Assembly: GCA_051313645.2 (NCBI GenBank)
Contig: JBNRSN020000012.1
Coordinates: 167,772,001 to 167,836,000, forward strand
DNA: 64,000 bases
From: Centroscyllium fabricii
Taxonomy: Eukaryota
Direction: 5' to 3'
The translations under genes were made by a program, and so were the position numbers. How positions within the stretch are numbered: the stretch's first letter is position 1; every line of letters starts with the position of its first letter. Below, piece after piece: positions 51,643-64,000 of the stretch. The notes beneath the pieces were generated by a model. The model saw only the letters and a list, made by a program, of their open reading frames with translations. It had not been told where the DNA came from and did not search any database.

Positions 51643-54600
51643 TAACGGGAAGCAGGCCAAGAGAGCATTGGAATAGGCTAATCTGGAGGGTGTGGATGAG
51701 TTTTTCAGCAACAGATGGGTTGATGTGGGTGATGTAATGGAGGTGGAAGAAGACAGTCTTTGTGATGGAAAATATATGGGGTTGAATAGGACGACGAGGT
51801 TGTAAACAGACTCGACCAGCATAAGTCCAATGGCCAAGAAGCAGGGATGGAGTTTGGGGTGGGGTTGAAGATGATGGCTTTGATCTTTGCACTGTTTAGC
51901 AGGAGCATATTACACCTCATCCAAGATTGATGTCGGACAAGCAGTCTTGACAGTGGAGAGGTAACTGAGGCGGTGGAGCAGTATAGCTGGGTATCAGTAT
52001 ACATGTGGAAACTGAACCCATGGCTGGGGATGATGACATTGAGAGGCAGCTAAGGATAGATCCTGTGGGAATTCTGGAGGTGATGGTGTGGGAATGGGAA
52101 GAGAAAACATTGCTAGCGATGTTCCAGACTGTAAGCCCCCATAATTAATCCCAAGTCCAGCCCTTCGTCCATGCTCTCTCTACCTGCTTACTTCCACACT
52201 CCAGCTCCAATCTCTTGCTTCTTTAATCCCTCTTTGTCTGAAATGGGGATTAGGCCATTTCTCTAAGGTTTCCACTGAAGTTACGCTGGGAGTTTGGGAA
52301 AAGCCCCTATATGTGTACATTTCTCAGCATGGTTTGGCAATTGTTAAACATGTGTGTTTCAGCACCTGACAATGATTGTATATTTAAACTGCCTGAATTC
52401 AGCACACAACCAAAGCTGCCTCTGCAAGTGTGCTTACTCATGGACATGTGGCCAGAGTTTTGTGAAGACAAGTGCACTTTGTTTTCCTTTGTTTTCCAGG
52501 AGTGAGAACTGCTTGAGAGTTTCCAGACACTATTGAGATAAAAGGGGTTGTAACACAACTTGAAAGCGTGGAGAAGGAGGCTATCACTGCAGATAATAAG
52601 CTGCAGAGCCTATACAAGGATCTTGTTCTCAAGGCCTCACAAAACATTTCTGCGAACCTGCAAGTTTAGCCGTGGACATTTGTTTTTAGATTGTTATGTT
52701 AGCTGTGAAGGTGACTCATGCAAACTCTTGCAGAGCAGTTCTTGGCATTTGGGAGCCAATTGGTTGTCAAGTGCTGAGTTGATCCAATCTGTGCCTTCCT
52801 GTATTCCTCTAACGGGAAGATTCTGTCCCATGAACCAAAATTGGTCATCACTGTGGACTACTGCTGATGGCCTTGGCCTTTTTGCTTTTATCTGTTTCTT
52901 CCAAGGACATTCATCCTCATTAGATACATAACTTAACTTGGACAACATGTTTTCCCACCAGTGGACAGTATTTTGTGACTCCTGATCTCTCTCCCCTTGG
53001 TACTCTCGCTCTCCTTCGGGAGGGCTACACCTTGCTGATTGACGGAGGGTTGTCTCCAAAAAGAACTGGCTCGGATCCATTTTGCTGGTAATTAGAGCTG
53101 GTCCATTAGCTCTCCCTTGGGGATAGTTACCTTTTGTCCGAAGCCATAATCTAGGTTTTCCTTTCCTCTTTGGTTCTTCCGCCTTCCTTCAAAAGTTAGA
53201 TCCTCCAGGGTGATCCTAAGATCTGTTTTCCCACTTGCCTTGTTCATCCAAACTCCCAGAATTGACTTTCATGGGAGCTAGAAGATGGGGCTGGATGGTG
53301 GATTTTTTTCTCTCGGTTCATCACATGAACATGTGCAAACACACGCATATGCACACGCAGATGCTTGTAATTGACATTGGTGTTGTACACCTAATTCAAG
53401 GGATGTCACTTTATGATTGTGGAAGAAAAAAATATCCTATGAAATTCTTTCTGGGCACCTGGTATAAATTGAGGCTGGATTACTAATAACCTGGGGATTC
53501 TGAAGTGAAAGCTTCTCTGACCACCTGTGGATAGTTGTCTTTCAGAATCTTCCAGAGTCTATGTTCTGTACATTTGAGTCTAACTCGGAGATTAGCAAGG
53601 CAAGAGGGGCTTGCAAAAAGCCACTAAGGGATTCAGGTGATGTCCTGTAGCTCCAATGGTTTCTGAATGTTCTAGTCAGAAATATATCTACTGTGGTCAG
53701 AGAGAACAATATATCTATATATGGCTCCCTGTAACTGTCTTTCTATTTTTGCACTCTAAATCTTTTTGATGTTGCACTCTGGCTTTATCTTCCGTCCTTT
53801 TTCTCACACGCTTTCTCTGTAACCTCCTCCAGCCCTACAACCTGCCAAGATTTCTGCGCTCCTCCAATTCTGGTCTCTTGTGTATCCCCGATTTCCATTA
53901 CCATTGGTGGCCGTGCCTTCAACCGCCTGGGCTCTAAGCTCTGGAATTCCCTCTCTGAACCTCTCCACCTCTCTCCCTTAAAACCTACCACTTTGACCAA
54001 GCTTTTGGTCACCTGTCCTAATATCTCCTTATGTGGCTCGGTGTCAAAATGTGTTTAATAATCGCTCCTGTGAAGCACCTTGGGACATTTTACTCCATTA
54101 AAGGCACTATAAATAGAAGTTGTTTTATGACGCTAAAAGCTTTTTTTCATTTTTGTCAGTATGGTTCTCCGTGTCCTTCTCATTGCTCTTCTCTCAATCA
54201 TTGAGAGTTTCTCCTGTCCTCTGTCTCCTTCTGTATGTTTCCAATGCCTCTTTGTGGCTTTTGCACAAGTCCCTTAACTGATGTACTTATTTCTTACCAT
54301 AAGGCCTGGATTACACTGGAAGATTGGAGTGTGTACTGAGGTGGGGGTGGGAGAGACGGTATAAGCCAGAATATGGGGAGAGCTGTGCCTAGGAGGAAGC
54401 AAGGTTGGAGCGTTCGGGTGGGGGGTGCGTAAGTCTGGGCCTGGGTACATTGGGTCATTATATTCTGGGAGGATTTTGGGGGTGGTTGGGTATTGGAAGC
54501 TCATTGTGAGGGGTGGTGGTGACCTGGGCATGGAAGTACTTGTGTGATGGGGTTTGAGGGCCTGTGAATGCTGTGGTGAAGGTAGCAGGCACCTCGGAGT

Positions 54601-55073
54601 ACTCGCAGGGAGGGAGTCTCGGAGTGTTCAGTGGCGTGGTTGGTGATTAAGGAATCAGGAAGTTTGGAATTTGGGTGATCTGATGGGGTCCTAGGTCCGT
54701 GGAAGGGTTGGGGATGCTGGGGAGTTATGAGCACAGTAGAGGGCAGTTGGCTGCAGGGTGGAACCAGTGTGGGGGTGGTTGAAACATGCAGGTGTAGGGG
54801 CTGGGAGCACTGAAGGGAAGGGGCAAGCTGAAGCACAAAGGGGACAGGTGGACACTGGAGACGACAAGGCAGGAGATGCAGGTTGGAAAATGCCAGTGTG
54901 TGCAGCATGAAACAGTCCAGGATGCAGTCCTGGTTTGTGAGCACAGGCTTGAGAGTGGCCAGACCTGACCTGGAAGACAATGGAAGTACTGTTCCGGAGG
55001 GTGGTAGAGTTGTAGATGGTGGCAAGAAACCTGAGCGTTGAGCAGCGGGCATGAGGCACTGCAGAGAAGGCAC

Positions 55074-58000
55074 TAGCAGAGCCACTAGGGGGAGACATCC
55101 CTATCTCCCCAAAGAATCAGAATCCACATTCTGGAGTTGGTCCCGCCCCTGTTGTCCCATTGGTCGGTTGGAGCAACAGTTTTGGTCCCGCGGGCTGTCC
55201 ATCAAAAGCCCCATCATGCCTTGCGTTTTCACGCCTTTTGCAGTTAGTTGTTTTCTGGATCGAACTCAATAACGACCTGTTTACGTTTGCTCTGCATTCC
55301 TCGACGTTTATATCGAATTCGACGAGTAGGCAACTGCCGTTCCCTACAATTGGTGACCCCTAATGTCAGCCCCAGAAGGTGCTGACCTGAACGTGAGCCC
55401 CGAGGTCGGGCACTGCGAACGGCCGTCGACGATCAGCCTTCCCCCCCCCCCCTCCCCACCCCTTTTGGGACAACCAGGCAGCCGCTTGGCTTTTGCAGAC
55501 AGAGGCCCAGTTCCAGCTCAAGCGCCTCGATAGCAGTGAGGACCGATACCTCCTCATCGTTTCAGCTCTGCCAAGCCGACATCGTGGATCTGCTGCGGGA
55601 CCCGCCTCTCACTGACAGGTACGCTGCCGTTAAGAGCCGACTGCTCCAGGCTCACGACTTACATGAAGACGTCAGAGCCCGGCAACTCCTCGATCTTTCG
55701 GAGTTAGGCGACTCCACGCCTACGCGCCTGATGAATCGCATGCTCGCCCTTCTCGGGGACCACCAAGACTGTCCTTTGTTTCGGGTGCTATTTATCAGTC
55801 TGCTCCCACAACCTGTACAATCGGCTTGAACGAACGTTAGAGGTGGGACCTACACCGAACTGGCCACCGCCGCGGACCGCGTTTGCCTGTGCGCATCCAC
55901 TAATTGTGCATCCACGAGGCTCGTAGCCCCTACGCCGCGGGTTATGCCTCCACCTCAGCACGGACTCTGCTATTACCATGCACGCTCCGGCCCACAGGCT
56001 CATCACTGCCGACCACCTAGTTCATTCAACGACAAAGAGGTTACGCCCAAACCTCACGTTTCGACCCCGCACCGCCGCCAGGGCCCAGCCGCAGCAAACG
56101 CCATTGGCACAGCAGCAAAGCTGCTGTATGTGATGGACTCGCTGTCCGGACGGAAGTTCCTCTGTGACACCGGGGCTCAATGCAGCATTTTGCCAGCTAC
56201 GCAGCTCGATCGACAAGCAGGCCGCAGTGAATGGCGCAGCCATAGCCACGTTCGGGAAACGGCGGGCAGAGATTCGCGTGATTGGCCAGTGGTTCACCTG
56301 GGATTTCGTTACAGCCAACGTGGAACATCCATTGCTAGGCGTGGATTTCCTATGTGCCCATGGTCTGCTCGTGGACGTCCAGGGCAGACGCGTCCACTTT
56401 TACCTCCCTGCCCTGCCAGTGGAGCAACAGCCACCCCCTTGTGGGCTCCTGCTTGCCGCCTCTTCGCGACAAATACGCGCGCCTACTGGCCGAGTTCCCG
56501 TCCATTACACAGCCGACCTTTTCCGAGGTGGCGGCCAAACACGGCGTCCGACATCATATCGCCACGACTGGCCCACCAGTCTTCGCTCGTGCCAGGCATC
56601 TCGACCCCACGGAGATGGCGGTCGCAAAGCAGGAATTTTCAAACATGGAAAAGTTGGGGATCATTCGCCCCTCGATCAGCCCGTGGTCATCCCCGCTCCA
56701 CATCGTTCCCAAGCCCGGTGGCGGCTGGCGACCGTGCGGCGACTACAAGCGCCTTAATGACGCCACCACGCCGGACAGATATCCAGTGCCACACATTCTC
56801 AAAAGTCGACCTCATCCGAGGATACCACCAGGTCCTGGTCCACCCGGACGACGTCCAAAAGACGGCAGTGATTACACCGTTCGTACTTTTCAAATTCCTA
56901 CGTATGCCCTTCGGCTTTAAGAATGCGCACAGGTTTTCCAACGGTTGATGGACTCTGTCCTTCGGGACTTGGACTTTTTATTTGTATATCTCGATGACAT
57001 ATTGGTAGCGAGTGCGGATGAATCTCAACATGTTGTGCATTTGCGTTCCCTTTTTCAGAGATTGGCCCATCATGGCCTAATTGTAAACCCGGTTAAATGT
57101 CAATTCGGCCTTGCTTCATGCTATTCCCTTACCCTCTAAGGTTAAAGCGGTCACTGATTTTCCACAGCCTCGCTAAGTGGGCCCTAGCTGAAGCCACCCT
57201 TTTGACCCACCGTATACCGGGCGCCCCACTGTCGCTCACGACGGACGCCTCGGATCATGCCATTGGCACCATTCAGCAACAATGGGTTGATGGCGCCTGG
57301 CAGCCCCTCGCATTTTTTAGCCGCCAGCTACGGTATAGTGAGCTCTCGTATAGCACGTTCGACCGGGAACTGCTAGCTCTTTCTCTTGCGGTGCGGCACT
57401 TTCGGTTTCTCTTGGAGGGCCGTCCGTTCACTGCTTACGCGGACCATAAGCCCCTCATTTTCGCCTTGTCCAAGGCCACTGAGCCCTGGTCAGGTCGCCA
57501 ACAGCGCCACCAGAATTTCATTTCTGAATTTACCACAGACATTCGTCACGTGTCCGGTAAGGACAATGTCGTTGCCGACTGCCTCTCCCGTCCTTCCATC
57601 ATCGCAGTCCACGTTGGTGTTGATTATGCAGAGATGGCGCGTGCCCAGCAGGCGGACGCCGAGCTGCAGGCTTTTCGTTCTGCCTCCACCAGACTGATCC
57701 TAGCGGATGTTCACTTTCAAGCAGCCGGCACGTCCCTCTTGTGTGACGTTTCCGTGCCTAACCCTAGGCCCTTAGTGCCACCTCCTGGCGCAAGTACGTC
57801 TTTGGTTTGGTCCATGGGCTCACCCACCCGAGCACGCGAGCTTCTCAGAAGCTCATGCCCGCCAAATTTGTCTGGCCAGGCCTACATAAAGATGTGCAGA
57901 ACTGGACGAACATCTGCCAGGACTGCCAACACGCTAAGGTCCATCTGCACACTAAGCACTAAGGCGCCCCTGCAGAATTTTCTGGTGCCCGAACGACGGT

Positions 58001-59329
58001 TCGATCATGTTCACGTTGACTTGGTTGGACCCCTGCCCCCATCACAGGGTTTCACTCATCTCCTTACCATCGTGGACCGCACTACCCGGTGGCCGGAGGT
58101 GGTACCCCTTACTTTCACCACTTCGGCTGATGTGGCGCGCGCCTTCATTTTTCATGGGTGGCCCGATTTGGGGTTCCGTCGGACACGACCTCTGACGGGC
58201 CCACGGTTTACCTCCCAGCTGTGGAGCGCAGTCGCCACTGGCCTGGGGACGCAGCTGCACCGCACGACTGCTTATCATCCGCAAGCAAACGGTATTTGCG
58301 AGCGGTTCCACCGCGCCCTCAAGGCCTCACTTCGTGCCAGCCTGGTCAACTCCAACTGGCTGGACAGGCTCACTTGGGTCCTGCTGGGGTTGCGCTCCGC
58401 CCCCAAAGATGACCTCGGCATGTCTTCCGCCGAGCTCATGTTTAGGCAACCCTTGCGCATTCCAGGAGAGTTCCTCCCCTCTGTTACCGAGAGTTGGTCA
58501 GCCGGCGAGCAGCTCGCTCGGCACAACGATGCGGCACATCGTTTCCTGCCTGTGCCCACCTCTCGGCACGGGGCCCGCTCGTCCCACGTGCCCACCGAGC
58601 TCCGCCGGGGCAATTTGTCTTTGTCCGTCATGACACCCACAGAGCCCCTTTACAGGCGCCTTATACAGGCCCTTTCAGGGTGCTAGAGGCTGGTGACAAG
58701 TCTTTTCTCCTCGCGGTCGGGGGCCGACAGGATCGCGTTTCCATTGACCAGCTCAAGCCGGCCCATTTGGACCCTGTTCCGCCTGAACAGGGTCCCAGGG
58801 TCATATGTCAGGAGCGTTTCTCTGTTCCAATCGTGCCCCCAGCGGGTCCCGCGTTAAGTAGACCCTCGTGTCCTGCTCTGCCTCTGGATTGCTCTCCGGT
58901 CTCGCCCACTACTCCTGCGGAACAGCCGCCCTCCACTCCTGTTCACGGCTCGCCGCTAGCGCCCCCTGCACCGGCGGGTTATCGCACTTGTAGCGGCCGC
59001 CTCGTCAAGCCTCCTCAGAGATTGACTTATCATGTCCATGCGGATTCTGGGCGGGCGTATGTAGCAGAGCCACTAGGGGGAGACATCCCTATCTCCCCAA
59101 AGAATCAGAATCCACATTCTGGAGTTGGTCCCACCCCTGTTGTCCCATTGGTTGGTTGGATCAACAGTTCTGGTCCCTGATTGGTCCCGCGGGCTGTCCA
59201 TCAAAAGCCCCATCATGCCTTGCTTTTTCGCGCCTTTTGCAGTTAGTTGTTTTCTGGATCGAACTCAATAAAGACCTGTTTACGTTTGCTCTGCATTCCT
59301 CGACGTTTATATCAAATTCGACGTGTACA
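55074..59329 (+). mobile_element. Gypsy LTR retrotransposon, CsRn1/Kabuki-like clade (element 2), 4-bp TSD GCAC
   Basis: LTRs 55074-55348 and 59060-59329. GCAC at 55070-55073 and 59330-59333. PBS TGGTGACCCC (tRNA-Trp type) at 55351-55360. Gag CYYH..GP.AHHC.PP knuckle, FLCDTGA protease, WRPCGDY/YLDD RT, TDASD RNase H and HVDLVGP...YHPQANG integrase, with frameshifts and deletions. Confidence 0.92.
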
Positions 59330-61693
59330 GCACGACTGGATTAGCCACAAGATGTTTGAGATGTGGGGAAGTCTGACCGCCACATCTTTTGGGAGTGGCG
59401 GGGTGACGGCACCTAATTGTGTGGGAGCAAAATTTTACATTAAAATTCTTACATAGTTCATGCGACTCATTGAAAATTGTTCTGTAAACGTTTCCCATCA
59501 AAGATTCCCATGTCGAAATGTTCACGTTTGCCTTTTACATTTCCTTGTTACACCAGTAGGTGGCACTGTAATAGGAGTTTTAATGTTATGCCATGACTTG
59601 CCTGTCATGCTCCTTGTCGCATTACCTCATGATGCTATATCATCTTTTCCTGACAAATCACTCAAAATGCATTCTTGAAAATATTTTGTCTGCTTTTCTT
59701 TTGCTAACTGAATCACCTAATGTTCGAACTAATGTTTTAAACAAAGTCAAAAAATTATATTCACATTAACAGGATTAAATTTAGCAATTCCATGTATTTT
59801 GTGTGTTTTAGTACCTTTATTTTAGTTTTTATTTGAAAGCCTCAGCATCTCCCAAAAACCTGGCCTTGGACTTAATTCTCTTGTCCAGAGTGGTATTACT
59901 TTTAGCTGAAGGCCGCCTTTTAGTCAGAGCATATGCAATCTGCACAATGTCCCAGGATGTATCAGTAGCAAAGTGAGAAATTGCTTCTCTCTGTCTCTAT
60001 TTGCCGGTTTTTAAAAATTCTTTTAAAAAAAGTTAGAGGACAAATTTCAAAAGCTTTATTCAGGTGAAGTTTATATTGAGCTTTTTTAAATAGAGAGGCT
60101 GTCTGTGTATGTGAGAAAATGAATATACGGAATAGGCATTTGTTGCAGCTGTTATTTTGTGTTCTTTAAACTTAAGAAAGCATATTAAACTGAGAGATTG
60201 TGCATCTGTCATCCTCATTTGTCAATTTTCCAAATGAAAGTTACAGTTTGAAGCAAACAAAAAGCCTCTAATTATCTGCCCTATGCTTTGGTGACTGAGA
60301 CGAAACAGTCTAATAATTGACACCATTGAGAGAGAGACAGACAAAGACAGATGCACACAACATGAAGGCAGCAGAGACTGGTAAGATAGAGACCTATCTG
60401 TAGCATTGTGAGACTGCATGCTCGGCATGTAGATTCTCTGGGACCTAATGAGTTCAGAAGTGTGTGGGCATCATTCAAATAATGGAGACTGTTGGATAGG
60501 TAAGGTATATTTCTCCCTGTCTGGAACCGTCACAGGAGAAACAGGATGACAAATATCCATGCACAGGAGAGGGCACAGAAACAGCAACCCGAAGTGTCCA
60601 GGGAAGGAGCTGTGACCTCAGCATTTCAGCCCCGAAAGGAGGCGGTTACAGCAGTTATGGTTAGTTGGGGCTATCCCAGATTATCACTTCAGGATACATC
60701 AGTCAAGTAGGAGCAGGGGACATCAATGGGAATTAGTGACAGATGAATTTAAACCAGATCAAATGTTTGTAACAATCTGCCGGGCAGGGTCCGAGAGACA
60801 AAACATTGGAACTGTTCAGAAACAGTTGGATCTGGATGGAAGTGATACTAGAACGAGGTGATCTTCAATGGGGCGAACAGTCTTTTTAAAGCAATTACTT
60901 GATGTCCCTAGAAATGCCAACCGTGAGTTTTCCTAAACTCCTAAAGAGAGATGGCTGCTGCAGATTCCTTCGTCATCCCCTATGTGATCCTGAAATTAAA
61001 ACTTAATATAAACGGTACATTAACGCCACGAGAAAAATTCTCATTCTCTAAAGTTTGACCATAAATCCTCATTTTGCAAACTGATTCAACAGCAATGACT
61101 TGCATTTAAATAGCGCCTTTAATATAGTAAAATGTCCCAAAGCGCTTCACAGCAGCATTATCAAACAAAATTTGACATCGAGCCACATAAGGAGATATTA
61201 GGGCAGGTGACCAAAAGAGGTAGGTTTTAAGGAGCGTCTTAAAGGAGAAAGAGAGCTAAAAAGGCCGAAAGACTTGGGGAGAGAATTAAAGTGCTTCGGG
61301 CCTTGGCAGCTGAAGGCACAACTGCAATGGTTGAGCGATGGAAATCAGGGAGTTTGAGAGGCCAGAATTAGAGGAGCGCAGAGATTGTGGAGGGTTATAG
61401 AGCTGGTGGAGGGAGGGACGAGGCCGTGAAGGGATTGACACTGGTGAACTGGGAGCCAATATAGGTCAACGAGCACAGGGGTGATGGGTGAATGGGACTT
61501 GGTGCGAGTTAGGACACAGGCAACAGTTTTGGATGAGCTCAAGTTTACGGAGTGTAGAAGATGGGGGGCTGGCCAAGATTCTTTCCACCAACCCCGACCA
61601 CCTGCAGGCCATCCTCCCCATTCAGATTTATTTGTGTTACTGAGATGTCTCTTGGATTTTATTTTTTGTATTTGTGTTTTTGATCTGTTTCAG

Positions 61694-61872
61694 GTCATTT
61701 AGTCGACAGTTTGCAACTGTCTCCTCTTGCCACGAGGAATCCTTTCAATGTGTTGTTTCCTGGATCCCAGATGACTAATCTGAATTTGCCCTCTCAGTCA
61801 CCACTGCAGAGCCCGATTCTCAGCGATGTAGGGAGCACGAGGGTGGACGATGAGGAAGAAGACCGACGAAAG
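61694..61872 (+). CDS. FARP2: FARP2 coding exon just upstream of the DH domain: HLVDSLQLSPLATRNPF...QSPLQSPILSDVGSTRVDDEEEDRRK
   Basis: TTTCAG acceptor, AAG|GTGTGG donor. SPLQSPILSD...EEDRRK resembles FARP2 SPLLSPVLSDAGG...EEPRHK. Confidence 0.85.
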
Positions 61873-62184
61873 GTGTGGAGTGGGAATGCTTTGTGGGCTT
61901 ATTGTTTGGAGGATGTTTATCCAATAGTTACTCTGCTTCAGGCAAAATTCCAAACTGTTTAAGCAAAGACTTCAAATAAGAGCCAGGTGTCCCAACATGA
62001 AGTTTTGAAAATAACTTGTGTAAAGTATAATACGGCATTCATAGAAACTTACAGCACAGAAGGAGGCCATTTGGCCCATTGTGCCGGTGCTGGCTCTTTG
62101 AAAGATCTGTCGTGTTCAGTCCCACATCCCCGCTTTTTGTCCCTAACTCTAAGTTCCTCACCCTCCAGAACCCGTCCAACTCCC

Positions 62185-62447
62185 TGATGTAATAAAGACT
62201 TACCAAGCTTTTAGTGAACATAAAGCAAGGCTTTATTCAACTTATAACATAACATAAAGACAGTAAGCTAGTTCAGTCACTAGCCTCCAACTTCCAGAGT
62301 GTCTCTGTTCAACTGGTGCTTATGTCCCAGTATTTATACTTCCTGGTCAGGTGCCCTCAGCTGGCCGACCAGTAACTGTTCCTGGGTTGGTTGGAAATCC
62401 AACCAATAACTCTTCCTAGATTATTTAGGAAGTCGTATTTTCCGACA
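62185..62447 (-). mobile_element. Solo LTR (263 bp), 5-bp TSD CTCCC
   Basis: TG...CA ends. CTCCC at 62180-62184 and 62448-62452. TATAAATA followed by AATAAA on the minus strand. Confidence 0.75.
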
Positions 62448-62452
62448 CTCCC

Positions 62453-63700
62453 TTTTAAAATTATTAATGGAATCAGCTTCCACCACCTTCTCAGGTGGAG
62501 CGTTCCAGATCCCAACAACTCTGAGTGAGAATAATTCTCCTCCTCTCCCCTCTGGATCTTTTTCCAATGATTTTGAATCTATGACCTCTGGTTATTGTCC
62601 CACTCGCCAGAGGGAATAGTTTTCCTCTCTCTACTCTATCAAACCTCTCATCATCATTTTGAAAACCTCGATTAGATCACCTCTTAACCTTCTCTGTTCC
62701 AGGGAAAACAGTCCTAACTCTTCCAACCTCTCCTCATAACTGAAGTCCCTCATCCCTGGTAACATCCTGGTAAACCTCCTCTGTACCCTTTCTAAGGCCT
62801 TTACATCTTTCCTGAAGGGCGGCACAGTGGTTAGCACTGTTGCCTCACAGCACTGGAGACCCGGGTTCAAATCCAGCCTCGGGTACTATCTGTGTGGAAT
62901 TTGCACATTCTCCCCGTGTCTGCGTGGGTTTCCTCCGGGTGCTCCGGTTTCCTCCCACAGTCCAAAAATGTGCGGGTTAGGTTGATTGGCCATGATAAAT
63001 TGACCCTTAGTGTTAGGGGGATTGAATATGTGGGGTTGCGGGGATAGAGTGGGATGTGTGTCGGTGCAGGCTCGATAGGGATCGAAGGATATGGGGGCAA
63101 GGACAGGGTACTGGGTTTGGATGATCAGCCATGATCTCATTGAATGGCGGAGCAGGCTTGAAGGGCCGAATGGCCTACTCCTGCTCCTATCTTCTATGTT
63201 TTCTAAGTGTGGTGCCCAGAATTGTCCACAATACTCCAGCTGAGGCCTAACCAGTGATTTATAAAGTTCTCGCATGAACTCTTAGCTTTATAAATAGAGG
63301 AATAGAATATAAAAGCAAAGTAACCCATATGCATTTTAACCACATTATCAACTTGCCCTGTCACCTTTAAGGATTTGTGTAAATGGACACCAAGGTCTCT
63401 GCTCTTCTACACTTTTCAAAATTGTGCCATTTATTATATACTGTCTTTCCGTATTAGTCTTCCCAAAGTGAAACATTTCATACTTCTCTGCATTGAACTC
63501 CATCTGCCGTGCTGTGCCCATCTCATCAACCCGTCTATGTCATCCTGACGTCTTTAACTATCCTCATCACTATTTTCTACGTTGGAAAGTTTTGCATCAA
63601 CTGCAAACTTTATAATTCTGCTCCCTACACCCGAGTCTAGGTCGTTTATAAAAATTGCAGAGTAATGGACCCAAAACTGACCCTTGGGGAAACACCACTG
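62453..63700 (-). mobile_element. CR1 LINE fragment interrupted by a V-type SINE
   Basis: LYKSLVRPQLEYCGQFWAPH and LERVQRRFTRM...RRLRGDLIEVFK lie on either side of the SINE. Confidence 0.85.
62817..63204 (+). mobile_element. Full-length V-type SINE
   Basis: GGGCGGCACAGTGGTTAGCACTG head, GGTTCAAATCC B box, core, and a ttctatgttttct tail. Confidence 0.87.
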
Positions 63701-63809
63701 CATTGTATGGGAATGAAAAATAAAAACCTGCAGCCATGTAACCTGTGCGATTGGTCCAGTGACATTACAGTCGCTGTTTCTCCCACTGATACTGCAACTT
63801 TATACCAGG

Positions 63810-64000
63810 TGTTAGCTGTGGCTCAATTGGTAACGCTCTTTCCTTTGAGTCTGAAGGTTGTTGGTTCAAGCCCCACTGTAGGAATTGAGCACAAAATCTA
63901 GGCTGACACTCCAGTGCACCTTTCATTGAGATGTTAAACTGAGACCCCTCTCAGGTGGACATAAAAGATCCCATGGCACTATTTTGAAGAGCTGGAGAGT
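63810..64000 (+). mobile_element. Deu-type SINE 5' part (runs off the window)
   Basis: TGGCTCAATTGG A box, GGTTCAAGCCCC B box and GCTGACACTCCAGTGCA core, as at 15430. Confidence 0.6.

Noticed and set aside
52307-53300. Minus-strand ORF 52694..53080 (128 aa) and neighbouring ORFs as a nested gene
   Set aside because: No recognisable domain, stops in the flanking frame and no clear splice structure. It may be an old decayed element; BLASTx is needed.
54274-55085. Pro-rich minus-strand ORFs upstream of Gypsy element 2
   Set aside because: G-rich low-complexity strand bias with no domain motifs. Probably a decayed repeat that served as the insertion target.
1706-61872. Identification of the gene as FRMD7 or FARP1
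   Set aside because: Diagnostic peptides ([38 protein letters not shown]) fit recalled FARP2 best, and a FARP-type pre-DH exon exists at 61694. A phylogeny would be decisive.
62817-62890. tRNA genes at the A/B-box motifs (also 3830-3903, 51255-51320, 63810-63880)
   Set aside because: They are SINE heads that continue into SINE cores and LINE-like tails, with no complete cloverleaf.

Overview
This is vertebrate genomic DNA, and the SINE/LINE repertoire points to a cartilaginous fish (shark-like). The whole window lies inside one + strand gene best identified as FARP2 (FERM, RhoGEF and PH domain protein 2). Nine consecutive coding exons, all in frame and all with AG/GT boundaries, were traced from the FERM central lobe through the FERM-adjacent domain to just before the DH domain: 1706-1803, 7043-7157, 13938-14085, 14714-14809, 17186-17349, 26649-26717, 32837-32894, 33660-33903 and 61694-61872. 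The introns contain two near full-length Gypsy LTR retrotransposons with target-site duplications, a solo LTR, CR1/L2/Rex-Babar/jockey-like LINE fragments, V-type and Deu-type SINEs, TA-flanked Tigger-like MITEs, Penelope remnants, minisatellites and an 863-bp tandem duplication. Three observations stand out. (1) The exon at 33660 stays open for about 326 more codons past a weak splice donor, predicting a GEF-less FERM-only isoform with an acidic Ser-rich tail, an architecture like FRMD7. (2) One Gypsy element has no tRNA primer-binding site; its PBS position is instead a perfect 14-nt reverse complement of its own LTR, which suggests self-priming. (3) A Penelope remnant carries a minimal hammerhead ribozyme motif. 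All family assignments come from recalled sequence motifs, not database searches.
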